Both the position numbers and the translations under genes were made by a program. Positions 8,793-17,138 of a stretch of DNA of 20,000 nucleotides are shown here, piece after piece. Below the pieces are notes generated by a model. It ran no database searches. It was not told where the DNA came from and saw only the letters and a program-made list of their open reading frames with translations. Source of the stretch: an uncultured virus (IMG/VR IMGVR_UViG_3300042893_000829) (Duplodnaviria; Heunggongvirae; Uroviricota; Caudoviricetes); the IMG/VR virus record IMGVR_UViG_3300042893_000829. One strand, written 5' to 3'. How positions within the stretch are numbered: position 1 is the first letter of the stretch; the number at the start of each line of letters is the position of its first letter.

Positions 8793-10190
8793 TTAATCTA
8801 ATTTACTTAGAATATCGCCACCATCATCATCGTAATCATCATCATCGTAATCATCATCGTCATCATCAGGAGCATCACCGTAAGTTTTTCTATACATTTC
8901 TTTTGCTTGTCCTAAAATTTCAGTAAATTTTATTCTAGCTTTTTCATTGTCAGATGGGTTATCGGAAACAACATTGGCAATCACATCTTTTAAAAATTTT
9001 TCAGCTGGGATTCCATAAAGTATTTTATAAAAGAAAGGTTTGTAAATTTTACCTTCATCATATAAAGTTAACTCATCTGGTAATAACGTCCTCATTTTTG
9101 TTAAAAGTGGGGTTCCAACACGAAAATTCATTGGTTCATTCTCCATTGTATCTGTTTGACCCATAACATCCATTGCCATTTCTGGGTCCATATCCCTCCA
9201 TTGTTCTCTTGTTTGTATCATTGGGAACACCTTAGATAGTTCGTGAAGTAGGATTGGGAATATTACTCCATTTGAATGGTACGTATCATTATCGTTACCC
9301 TCATTATTTTGTTCTCCCCCTTGTTCTTCATCATCGTCATCATCAGGAGCATCACCTCCCTTACCGGCAGAACCGGCAGCATTACCACCTAAAGATTCAA
9401 TAAGGTCTTCATCCGTAAAATACATTAAATCATTTGCTCCCATTATTTTATTATATAAATCATATAATGATGGGTCTATTGCGTCTAATCTATCTTTATA
9501 TAGTTGGTACAAAAATTGACCTTTTTTACCCGCCCCTTGTGACAGTGCGTTAATAACATTTCTTTTTTCAATTTCTAACTCTCTTTGTTCTTCAGGGGTT
9601 AATTCATCAATATCAAAAGAAAAGTTTTTAGGTAATTCTAATTTCTTTTTTTTATCCGGTTTAATCTGAAACTCATTTGGATTAATTGGTTTTTCACCTA
9701 AAAATGTAACAATGTTAACAAAATTAAATTCATACACAATTCCACCACCATTCCGTCTTTTTTTAGCAATAATTCCTTGATTAACTGCATCTTCCATAGT
9801 TAAATCATAAGATAACCACCCATCTTCTTTAGCTGCTATCTCAACCGCTAAATCTCTTAATTGTTCTCTATATCTAGGTTCGGTTCTCATGGCTTGTTGT
9901 ACAGATCTCATCTGTTCCATTTGAATCGCCAACTTAACTTGTGGGTTTGTAATATTTTGTTGAGTACCAAAATATCTTTTAACGTAATCAACAATTTCTT
10001 TAAATCGTTTACTAGTCATTTTTTCTACGTCACTAACACCACCTCTAAACGCCCTATTTTTTGCATAAATTCCTTGAGGGTCCTCAATTTTTTGTTGGGT
10101 TCTTGGGTGAGGTCTTTCCTGGTAATCACCAAAATCCATAGGAGCTTCATTAACAATTTTTCTTATTAATCTTTCTAAATTATTTGACAT
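8793..10190 (-). CDS. Hypothetical protein (465 aa) with acidic tracts, probable virion/head-associated
   Basis: Long intact ORF, last gene of a four-gene run; poly-Asp tracts internally and at the C-terminus. Confidence 0.75.
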   Translation of the reverse strand: MSNNLERLIRKIVNEAPMDFGDYQERPHPRTQQKIEDPQGIYAKNRAFRGGVSDVEKMTSKRFKEIVDYVKRYFGTQQNITNPQVKLAIQMEQMRSVQQAMRTEPRYREQLRDLAVEIAAKEDGWLSYDLTMEDAVNQGIIAKKRRNGGGIVYEFNFVNIVTFLGEKPINPNEFQIKPDKKKKLELPKNFSFDIDELTPEEQRELEIEKRNVINALSQGAGKKGQFLYQLYKDRLDAIDPSLYDLYNKIMGANDLMYFTDEDLIESLGGNAAGSAGKGGDAPDDDDDEEQGGEQNNEGNDNDTYHSNGVIFPILLHELSKVFPMIQTREQWRDMDPEMAMDVMGQTDTMENEPMNFRVGTPLLTKMRTLLPDELTLYDEGKIYKPFFYKILYGIPAEKFLKDVIANVVSDNPSDNEKARIKFTEILGQAKEMYRKTYGDAPDDDDDDYDDDDYDDDGGDILSKLD

Positions 10191-10193
10191 TTT

Positions 10194-11156
10194 TTATACA
10201 TTTAACGCTTGTTTTATCGCTCCAATGAACTCATTTTTTTGACTTTCAATTTCCGCCTTTGGTTTTTCTTTTACTCCAGGGTTAGGATCTTTAAATGGAT
10301 TATCTCCTTTTTTTGGTGGAGTTTTAACTCCAGGTTTTGCCGGAGCCTCTTTAGTTCTAGTATTTGCCTTTGGTTTTTCTTTTACTCCAGGGTTAGGGTC
10401 CTTAAATGGGTTATCTCTTTTTTTTGGTGGAGTTTTTGTTCCTGGAGTTTTTGTTCTTTCTTTTTCTTTAGTGTTTTCTCCCATTTCTCCACCCATAGAC
10501 GACATTTTACCAATTGGTCTTTTCATTTCCATACCTTCATTTTCGGAAAACATAGTATTTCTTTTTGGTTTTGACAACATAAAAGATTCGCTCTTATTAT
10601 TTCTTTCGGAAATTGTTCGTAAAATGTCTCCCTTAGTCATTTTAGGGTCAATATGTTTTTCAATCATTTCAACAATTCTATCTTCAAGATATCTTTCATA
10701 TCCTTCTTTGGTTACTTTTTCTGGCATATTTTTTTGGTCTTTTTTAGTTGTACTACGTGAAAATTCATCTCTCATTTTACACCATTTTTTTTGTTCTTTT
10801 GTTTTACCATTACCACATTTTGTAAAGAATAATTTTTGTTGTGATCTTGATTCAAATTTTTCATCAAGTTCTTTTTCTTCAGACATAGGAGCATTAGAAC
10901 CAGTAACAACTTGTACTTTACCTCCAACTTTTTTAATCTGAACATCACCTGTTGCGTCATCGTTAGGTACTGCCATACCTTTACTTAAATCTGTATCATC
11001 TAATGTTGTTATGGTTTGAGCAACTTTTTGTGTTACTGCCTCTTTTGTTTCAAACTTTTCTGCAAGAATTCTAACTTGATTTCCAGTCATTTTTGAAATG
11101 GTGTTAAAATGAATACCATTTTCTAGTAAAACTGTAACATATTTTTTAGTTTTCAT
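10194..11156 (-). CDS. Hypothetical protein (320 aa) with duplicated Lys/Pro-rich segment
   Basis: Intact ORF overlapping the upstream gene by 11 bp. Confidence 0.75.
   Translation of the reverse strand: MKTKKYVTVLLENGIHFNTISKMTGNQVRILAEKFETKEAVTQKVAQTITTLDDTDLSKGMAVPNDDATGDVQIKKVGGKVQVVTGSNAPMSEEKELDEKFESRSQQKLFFTKCGNGKTKEQKKWCKMRDEFSRSTTKKDQKNMPEKVTKEGYERYLEDRIVEMIEKHIDPKMTKGDILRTISERNNKSESFMLSKPKRNTMFSENEGMEMKRPIGKMSSMGGEMGENTKEKERTKTPGTKTPPKKRDNPFKDPNPGVKEKPKANTRTKEAPAKPGVKTPPKKGDNPFKDPNPGVKEKPKAEIESQKNEFIGAIKQALNV
10255..10436. repeat. Intragenic duplication, 111-bp period
   Basis: About 71-bp copies at 10255-10325 and 10366-10436 encoding KTPPKK(R/G)DNPFKDPNPGVKEKPKA. Confidence 0.88.
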
Positions 11157-11553
11157 ATACTACTTTTTTTTCAAATTCTAATACAAGATCTCTCTCATAC
11201 AGTTTATCTTTAACTATCTGTTCCTCATCACCAAACTTGAAAACAAGTCGTTTGACTAATGAGAAATCAATGTCTTCTTCTTTTTCCCAACCCAAAGCCA
11301 ATACACCGTCTATTGAATCCTGAACAGAAAATACATCTGAGTTTTGCACCAACTCTAATGTTATTTCCCCGTTGGTTAAGGTACCAACCTTTTTCACGTG
11401 TTCAACATCTGGAGGACTTGGGTATCCATTAGCTGGTTTTAATTCCCAACCTTCACCCCAAATCTCATCAATACTATCTGAAAATATAAATTCATAAATG
11501 TTTTCTCCCCTATAATTTGGGCCTAATCCATTTATGTAAATTAAAAAACTCAT
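11146..11553 (-). CDS. Hypothetical protein (135 aa)
   Basis: Intact ORF with ATGA overlap with the upstream gene (translational coupling). Confidence 0.75.
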   Translation of the reverse strand: MSFLIYINGLGPNYRGENIYEFIFSDSIDEIWGEGWELKPANGYPSPPDVEHVKKVGTLTNGEITLELVQNSDVFSVQDSIDGVLALGWEKEEDIDFSLVKRLVFKFGDEEQIVKDKLYERDLVLEFEKKVVYEN

Positions 11554-13016
11554 AGTACTTTACCGTTCGTTGTTATTTTTCTTTCTGTTAAACCATCAAT
11601 AAAAACTAAATTACCTTTATTAGATAAACCGGCTAATTTTGATGTTGGGTTTATTTCAATAAATTTAAGAGACATTCTTTCTTGTTTAATATTTTCAGAT
11701 AATCTTTTTATTCCTTTAATATTTTTTTCTCTTAATTTTTCCATTTCTTCTTTTCTTTTAATTCCCTTACTTTCGTTAATCATTACATCCTTGTTAGTAA
11801 TATTAAAATATTTTGAAATAATTTTATCCACTTTTGACTCACCAAATGTTCCGTGTTCAAAATGGTTATAATTTCTTTGACTGGTTCTTGCCCCATGTTT
11901 AGGATATTCTTCACCCATTTCACCACTCATTTTAGATAGACCATCAGCCATTGTTGTTGTTGCCAAACGATTAACCGCATCCCCAAGTGTAGGTGTGTCA
12001 TATTCAGTCATTTCTCCTCCTTCTGGTGGTGGTGGAGGTAATTCATCATCTCCCATATCTGAAGGTTCTTCCATTGATAAATCTTCGTCTTCATTGTCAT
12101 CATCCTCTTCGTCTTTATCTTCATCATCATAATCACCCTCTAATCTTGATATAATTTCTTCAAGATCATCATCGTCTAATACATCAACATCAATAGCGGA
12201 TAAAATAGAATTAATAATGTATTTAACATCATTACCATCCATTTCATCTTTATCGTTAAATTTTCTGATTTTTTGTGCTAATTTACCTGTAAGTTTCTGG
12301 ATAATTTTAAAAGAAGTTCCTTCTTCTTTTTTTGATTCGTCACCCATATCATCTCCCATATCATCAGGAAGTGGTGGCATTTCATCATCCATATCTCCCA
12401 TATCATCACCCATTCCTTCCGGTGGTGGAGGCATATCACCTCCCATATCATCACCCATTCCTTCCGGTGGTGGAGGCATATCACCTCCCATATCAGATGG
12501 TGGTGGGGGCATATCACCTCCCATATCATCAACAGGTACCGGTGGGGTAATAGGTGCCGGTGGGGTAATAGGTGCCGGTGCCGGAGCTAATTCTGGTGCC
12601 GGAGATGGTGTGGGAATTTCTTCCGTATTTGTTTTAGGTAATCTTAGTTTAAACTTTTTTTTTTGCTCTGTAAAAAGAGAGATACCTTCATCGTTTCCGT
12701 ACAAACCGTTGTATTCTTTGGCCATTAAATTTAATCTTTTTAAGGCTTGGGAATATGATGGGTAGTATTTCCTACTTTGCATAGGTTCAACATAATCTGT
12801 TATAGATTCGTTTAAACTTAGTTTAATAATATAACCTTGTCTTTCTTTAACAATAGCATATGTGTTACCATCCGCCAAAGGTATAGTGTATTCAGTTGAT
12901 TTGTTTTCATTTATGGATTGTGGTAAAACTTCGTTAAATCTGGCAATTTCCATAATTCTACGAATCTTGTCCATACCTTGCAATTTTTCACTTCCAATAG
13001 GTCTTAATCCTCCCAT
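11550..13016 (-). CDS. Hypothetical protein (488 aa) with Pro/Gly/Asp/Met-rich repeats, probable head-associated
   Basis: Intact ORF, first of an operon preceded by TATTTATA (13048-13055) and TATTTAT (13061-13067). Confidence 0.75.
   Translation of the reverse strand: MGGLRPIGSEKLQGMDKIRRIMEIARFNEVLPQSINENKSTEYTIPLADGNTYAIVKERQGYIIKLSLNESITDYVEPMQSRKYYPSYSQALKRLNLMAKEYNGLYGNDEGISLFTEQKKKFKLRLPKTNTEEIPTPSPAPELAPAPAPITPPAPITPPVPVDDMGGDMPPPPSDMGGDMPPPPEGMGDDMGGDMPPPPEGMGDDMGDMDDEMPPLPDDMGDDMGDESKKEEGTSFKIIQKLTGKLAQKIRKFNDKDEMDGNDVKYIINSILSAIDVDVLDDDDLEEIISRLEGDYDDEDKDEEDDDNEDEDLSMEEPSDMGDDELPPPPPEGGEMTEYDTPTLGDAVNRLATTTMADGLSKMSGEMGEEYPKHGARTSQRNYNHFEHGTFGESKVDKIISKYFNITNKDVMINESKGIKRKEEMEKLREKNIKGIKRLSENIKQERMSLKFIEINPTSKLAGLSNKGNLVFIDGLTERKITTNGKVL
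12395..12580. repeat. In-frame tandem repeats (45-bp and 18-bp units)
   Basis: 45-bp units starting at 12395 and 12440 (GDMPPPPEGMGDDMG) with a partial copy at 12485; 18-bp unit twice at 12539-12574 (APITPP). Confidence 0.9.
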
Positions 13017-13090
13017 AGTATATTTGTTTTTAAAATATTATTTTTTATATAAATATATCAATAAATATGTTTATTTGTTGATTTGTTAAA

Positions 13091-13828
13091 TTATTGTTTC
13101 ATAGATAATTTTTTATCTATAATTTCTGTCGGTATGTCATATAGTTTTTCAATATAACCATTTCTTCTAATTAATTTGAACGCTAGATTCTCAAGTGACA
13201 TTTCTCCACCTTTTTCTAACCCACAATTTCTAAACTTTTTAAGCTTTTCTTTGTATTTCTTTACAATTGACTTTATTTCATCCGGACTTTCATCTTTGAT
13301 GTTATCAACAACACCATCAATAATTTTCATCCATTGTTTTGATTTTTCCTTTATTAATTCCACATCAATATCTTTCATATCACCTTTATTTGGTTCATTT
13401 ACCCACATGTCGTAAAGGATTGAATAAACCCCAGAACTAAAGGTAACTCCAGTTTCGTCTTGGACAAAACACTCAACTTCGTACCCAAACAATTTTATAT
13501 TATGTTTTTGATTAAATACTATTTTTTTTAAATCAAAAAACTCCATATATAAATCTTTTGCATTTTCAGGAAACTGAGAATAATTTAATACGATGTGTAA
13601 ATCAACATCAGAATATTTTGACCAATTATAATTAGTTAAAGAACCTATCATTATTATGTCTGTTATTAGGATATCTATACCTAAAAAATCTATAAATAAA
13701 TTTGAAACCTCTAATAATTTTTTTCTAACTTCTGGGTTTATTTCGTATTTATTACCTTTTTTATTCCAGATTTTAGAATTAAGTTCATTTTGTGTTTCAA
13801 AACTTTTTAAAATTTCCGTATTATTCAT
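13091..13828 (-). CDS. Nucleotidyltransferase, DNA polymerase beta superfamily
   Basis: Signature hGS-x10-DhD: IIMIGSLTNYNWSKYSDVDLHI, with a third carboxylate candidate in YEVECFVQD. Confidence 0.8.
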   Translation of the reverse strand: MNNTEILKSFETQNELNSKIWNKKGNKYEINPEVRKKLLEVSNLFIDFLGIDILITDIIMIGSLTNYNWSKYSDVDLHIVLNYSQFPENAKDLYMEFFDLKKIVFNQKHNIKLFGYEVECFVQDETGVTFSSGVYSILYDMWVNEPNKGDMKDIDVELIKEKSKQWMKIIDGVVDNIKDESPDEIKSIVKKYKEKLKKFRNCGLEKGGEMSLENLAFKLIRRNGYIEKLYDIPTEIIDKKLSMKQ

Positions 13829-13852
13829 AATAATAAATACTTGAAATTTAAA

Positions 13853-14098
13853 TTAACTTAACTTTTTATATTTAAATACCTTTGAAATGTTTGTATTAAA
13901 AAACGACCCTTGTGATTTAGCGGTTCTAAATTGGGTATATGTTTGGTGAGGAACTTCTTCATATTCGTATCTCATACCATTTTTAAATTCCGTAATCATT
14001 TTTTTAGTTTGAGTGTCGTATTCTGTCTTAATGATATTAGATGACTCAACCTCATTTAAAATTTTTGTTCCTTTTATTTCTTCTTTAGTAATTGCCAT
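13853..14098 (-). CDS. KTSC-domain protein
   Basis: VESSNI....YD......F.NG..YEY..VP...Y..F..A.S.GSFFN..I is the KTSC pattern. Confidence 0.88.
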   Translation of the reverse strand: MAITKEEIKGTKILNEVESSNIIKTEYDTQTKKMITEFKNGMRYEYEEVPHQTYTQFRTAKSQGSFFNTNISKVFKYKKLS

Positions 14099-14159
14099 AA
14101 TGTTTTTTTATATAAATATATTTTTAATAAAAAAAAAATACACCCTTTTGGGTAAAAAC

Positions 14160-14174
14160 CTGACAAAATGTCAG
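14160..14174. promoter_or_regulatory. Perfect inverted repeat CTGACA-AAA-TGTCAG, putative operator upstream of clpC
   Basis: Seen directly in the divergent KTSC/clpC intergenic region, 36 nt upstream of the putative -33 element. Confidence 0.55.
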
Positions 14175-14210
14175 TATTATAAAAAACAAACTAACAAGTT
14201 GTTAAAATTA

Positions 14211-14241
14211 TTGACTACATACGACCTTATAGTTACACTTA
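14211..14241 (+). promoter_or_regulatory. Putative sigma-A-like promoter TTGA-N19-TACACTTA for clpC
   Basis: TTGA 14211-14214, TACACTTA 14234-14241, 16 nt before ATG 14258. Confidence 0.5.
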
Positions 14242-14257
14242 TGTAAAACAAATTATT

Positions 14258-16312
14258 ATGATAGAATTTATTGATGAGGGAGATAAAAATAAAAAAAAAC
14301 CTGAAGGGGGTGGAACACCAGTTTTAGATAATTTTAGTAAAGATTTAATTAAACTTGCAAGTCAAGGAAAATTAGACACAGTGATTGGTCGTGAAAAAGA
14401 GATTTTAAGAATTGCCCAAGTATTGTCAAGAAGGAAAAAAAATAACCCCATCATTATTGGAGAACCTGGAGCGGGTAAAACGGCAATAGTTGAGGGTCTT
14501 GCAATGATGATACATAATGGGGATTGTCCTAAAAATTTATCCGAAAAAAGAATTGTTTCGTTAGACATTAATTCAGTTGTTGCTGGTACAAAATATAGAG
14601 GTCAATTTGAAGAGAGAATGAAGGTGATTATTGAAGAGATACAAAGTAACCCAGATATAATTATTTTTATAGATGAGGTACACACAATGGTTGGTGCGGG
14701 TAATAGTTCAGGGTCATTAGATGCATCAAATATATTCAAACCAGCATTATCTCGTGGTGAAATACAATGTATTGGGGCCACAACATTAGACGAATACCGT
14801 AAACATTTTGAAAAGGACGGAGCTCTTGAAAGAAGGTTTCAAAAAATAATTGTAGACCCTTCAACAAAAGAAGAAACATTAGAAATTTTAAAACAAAGTA
14901 AGGGTAAATACGAAGAACACCATAATGTGAATTATAGTGATGAGTCATTACGTTTATGTGTAGAATTGGCAGATAGATATATAACAGACCGAGAATTTCC
15001 AGATAAGGCGTTTGATATCTTAGATGAGGTCGGTTCAAGAATGCAAATAGATATTAAACTCCCAGAACATATTGAAAAATTAAAACAGATATCTCAAGAT
15101 ATAAAAAGGGAAAAGGCTGAGGTTATTAAAAAACAAAACTATGAGTTAGCGGCAGAACTTAGAGATAGGGAAAAAAATATATTAACACAATTAGAGGCTG
15201 GAAAAAGAAAATTTGAGGAAGAACTTAAAAATAGTAAAAGACATATTCCAGAAGATTTAATTTATGAAGTTGTGTCTAATATGACTAAAATTCCTGTAAG
15301 TAAAATTAATATTGATGAAAAAAATTCATTAGTTAGTCTTGAAAAGACTTTAAATTCTACGGTTATTGGTCAAGAGGATGCGGTTGGAAAAATATCAAAA
15401 TCAATTAGAAGAAATAGAGTTGGTATTAAAGATCCTAATAGACCTATTGGGTCATTTATTTTCTTGGGGTCAACCGGTGTTGGTAAAACGTTTTTGGCTA
15501 AAAGATTGGCTAAAGAAATTTTTGGTAATGAAGATAGTTTAATTAGAGTTGATATGTCTGAATACCAAGAAAAACACACCATCTCTAGATTAATTGGGTC
15601 ACCTCCAGGATACGTTGGTCACGAAGAAGGTGGACAACTTACAGAACAAGTTAAAAACAAACCATATTCGGTTATTTTATTTGATGAAATTGAAAAAGCA
15701 AATAAAGACATATTTTCAACATTACTCCAGATGTTAGATGATGGACATATGACTGATGGTCTTGGTAGAAAAATCAATTTTAAAAATTGTTTAATAATTA
15801 TGACATCAAACATTGGGGTTAGAAAAGTTCAAGAGTTTGGTGGAGGAATGGGATTTAAAACAAACAATACAAGTGAGGAAGTTCTTGAGGAACATAAAAG
15901 AGACATTATTAAAAAGGAATTAAGTAAGTTTTTTGCTCCTGAATTTTTAAATAGAATTGATGATGTAATTATCTTTAATTCACTTAAAAAAGAACATGTG
16001 GATAAAATAGTTAAACTTGAGATCGATATCCTTATTAAAAGATTAAAATCAATGAGATATAATTTTACATATGAAGAATCTGTTGTTACGATCATATCTA
16101 AGGTGGGGTTTGATGAAACATACGGAGCAAGACCAATTAAAAGGGCAATCCAAAATAAGATTGAAGATTTAATTTCAGAAAAAATACTTCTTAGTGAAGT
16201 TGTTGAGGGTACCGAATATATGTTACTTGTAAAAGAGGGTGAGGAGATTGTAATTGAAGACCACACAATTCAGGAACCAAAGAAACGAGGTAGAAAGAAA
16301 AAGGAGGATTAA
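14258..16312 (+). CDS. clpC: ClpC-type Hsp100 AAA+ ATPase lacking the N-terminal Clp-repeat domain
   Basis: Two AAA modules (GEPGAGKT/IFIDE, GSTGVGKT/LFDEIEK), pore loops KYRG and GYVG, short UVR-like middle domain (QNYELAAELRDRE), ClpP-docking-type MGF loop. Confidence 0.92.
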   Translation: MIEFIDEGDKNKKKPEGGGTPVLDNFSKDLIKLASQGKLDTVIGREKEILRIAQVLSRRKKNNPIIIGEPGAGKTAIVEGLAMMIHNGDCPKNLSEKRIVSLDINSVVAGTKYRGQFEERMKVIIEEIQSNPDIIIFIDEVHTMVGAGNSSGSLDASNIFKPALSRGEIQCIGATTLDEYRKHFEKDGALERRFQKIIVDPSTKEETLEILKQSKGKYEEHHNVNYSDESLRLCVELADRYITDREFPDKAFDILDEVGSRMQIDIKLPEHIEKLKQISQDIKREKAEVIKKQNYELAAELRDREKNILTQLEAGKRKFEEELKNSKRHIPEDLIYEVVSNMTKIPVSKINIDEKNSLVSLEKTLNSTVIGQEDAVGKISKSIRRNRVGIKDPNRPIGSFIFLGSTGVGKTFLAKRLAKEIFGNEDSLIRVDMSEYQEKHTISRLIGSPPGYVGHEEGGQLTEQVKNKPYSVILFDEIEKANKDIFSTLLQMLDDGHMTDGLGRKINFKNCLIIMTSNIGVRKVQEFGGGMGFKTNNTSEEVLEEHKRDIIKKELSKFFAPEFLNRIDDVIIFNSLKKEHVDKIVKLEIDILIKRLKSMRYNFTYEESVVTIISKVGFDETYGARPIKRAIQNKIEDLISEKILLSEVVEGTEYMLLVKEGEEIVIEDHTIQEPKKRGRKKKED

Positions 16313-16326
16313 AAACCCTCCATTTT
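16298..16326. terminator. Possible bidirectional terminator between convergent clpC and OmpA-like gene
   Basis: GGAGG (16303-16307) / CCTCC (16317-16321) flanked by A and T tracts; short stem. Confidence 0.4.
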
Positions 16327-16328
16327 TA

Positions 16329-17099
16329 TTATTTTACATCATAAACACCATAAGGAATATCCCCTAAAGAGTTTTCCCTTTTAAATTCCCTTACTTTTTG
16401 TTTAAATTTATCTAAATATTGTTCAGGTATCTTAACACAAACTCTTTTAATTTTCCGTTTTGGGTTTGGTCCTGGTTTTGGTTTAATTACTTTTTTATTA
16501 ACAATTTTTGGTCCTGGTTCTGGTATATATGTATTAGTATTGTCACCTTTTTCAGCTTTAATTGGTACGTTCATTGTTCCTACACCAGATATTGATGCGG
16601 AAACATATTGTTCTTTTGTTGAAGCCGCGCTATCTTTTACTGTTGATTTACCAATAACTGTTGCTCCTGGCGTTACATTCAATCTTAGTGATTGCGAATT
16701 ATCTTTTATAAGTTTTATTAAATTATCCCTTCTTCTTGTAGCCAAAGATTTATTATTATAACCAGAAGAACTATTAACGGCTGAAGCCCCACCATTCACA
16801 ATAACATTAACACTACCTTTTGTTACTTTTAATAAGTCAGATATTGTAAGTAATATTTCTTTAATTTTTGGGTCATTTTTATTAATTATATCAATACCGT
16901 TTGAAAATGTAGAACTACCGTATGATGTTATAGTATATGGGATATTAAATCCATTTGGATATTTTTTTTTCTGTCTGTCTTCAGAACTTATATCCTGACC
17001 ACCTAAAGCTTCAGAAATTAAATAATGATTTTTTGTTGCGTCTTTATGTTGATTAAGTATGTTTTTCTTTTCTTCTTCTGTAATTATAAATTTTTTCAT
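16329..17099 (-). CDS. Hypothetical protein with probable OmpA-like (peptidoglycan-binding) domain
   Basis: F.NG, V.V.GGAS and YNNKSLATRR resemble the OmpA-C pattern F..g / I.Gh.d / N..LS..RA. N-terminal KKFIITEEEKKNIL leader; no signal peptide. Confidence 0.55.
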   Translation of the reverse strand: MKKFIITEEEKKNILNQHKDATKNHYLISEALGGQDISSEDRQKKKYPNGFNIPYTITSYGSSTFSNGIDIINKNDPKIKEILLTISDLLKVTKGSVNVIVNGGASAVNSSSGYNNKSLATRRRDNLIKLIKDNSQSLRLNVTPGATVIGKSTVKDSAASTKEQYVSASISGVGTMNVPIKAEKGDNTNTYIPEPGPKIVNKKVIKPKPGPNPKRKIKRVCVKIPEQYLDKFKQKVREFKRENSLGDIPYGVYDVK

Positions 17100-17138
17100 A
17101 TTTGATTTTTATTATAAATATAATAAACTATGAAAAAA

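Noticed and set aside
9234..9260. HExxH-like motif PILLHELSK in the 465-aa protein
   Set aside because: Second His is absent (HELSK), so a zinc metalloprotease cannot be supported.
4892..16761. Other antisense or off-frame ORFs inside portal, terL, 8793-13828 genes, clpC and the OmpA-like gene (e.g. 4892..5302, 12217..12765, 15829..16266)
   Set aside because: Fully overlap well-supported genes; length explained by repeats or codon bias; no motifs.
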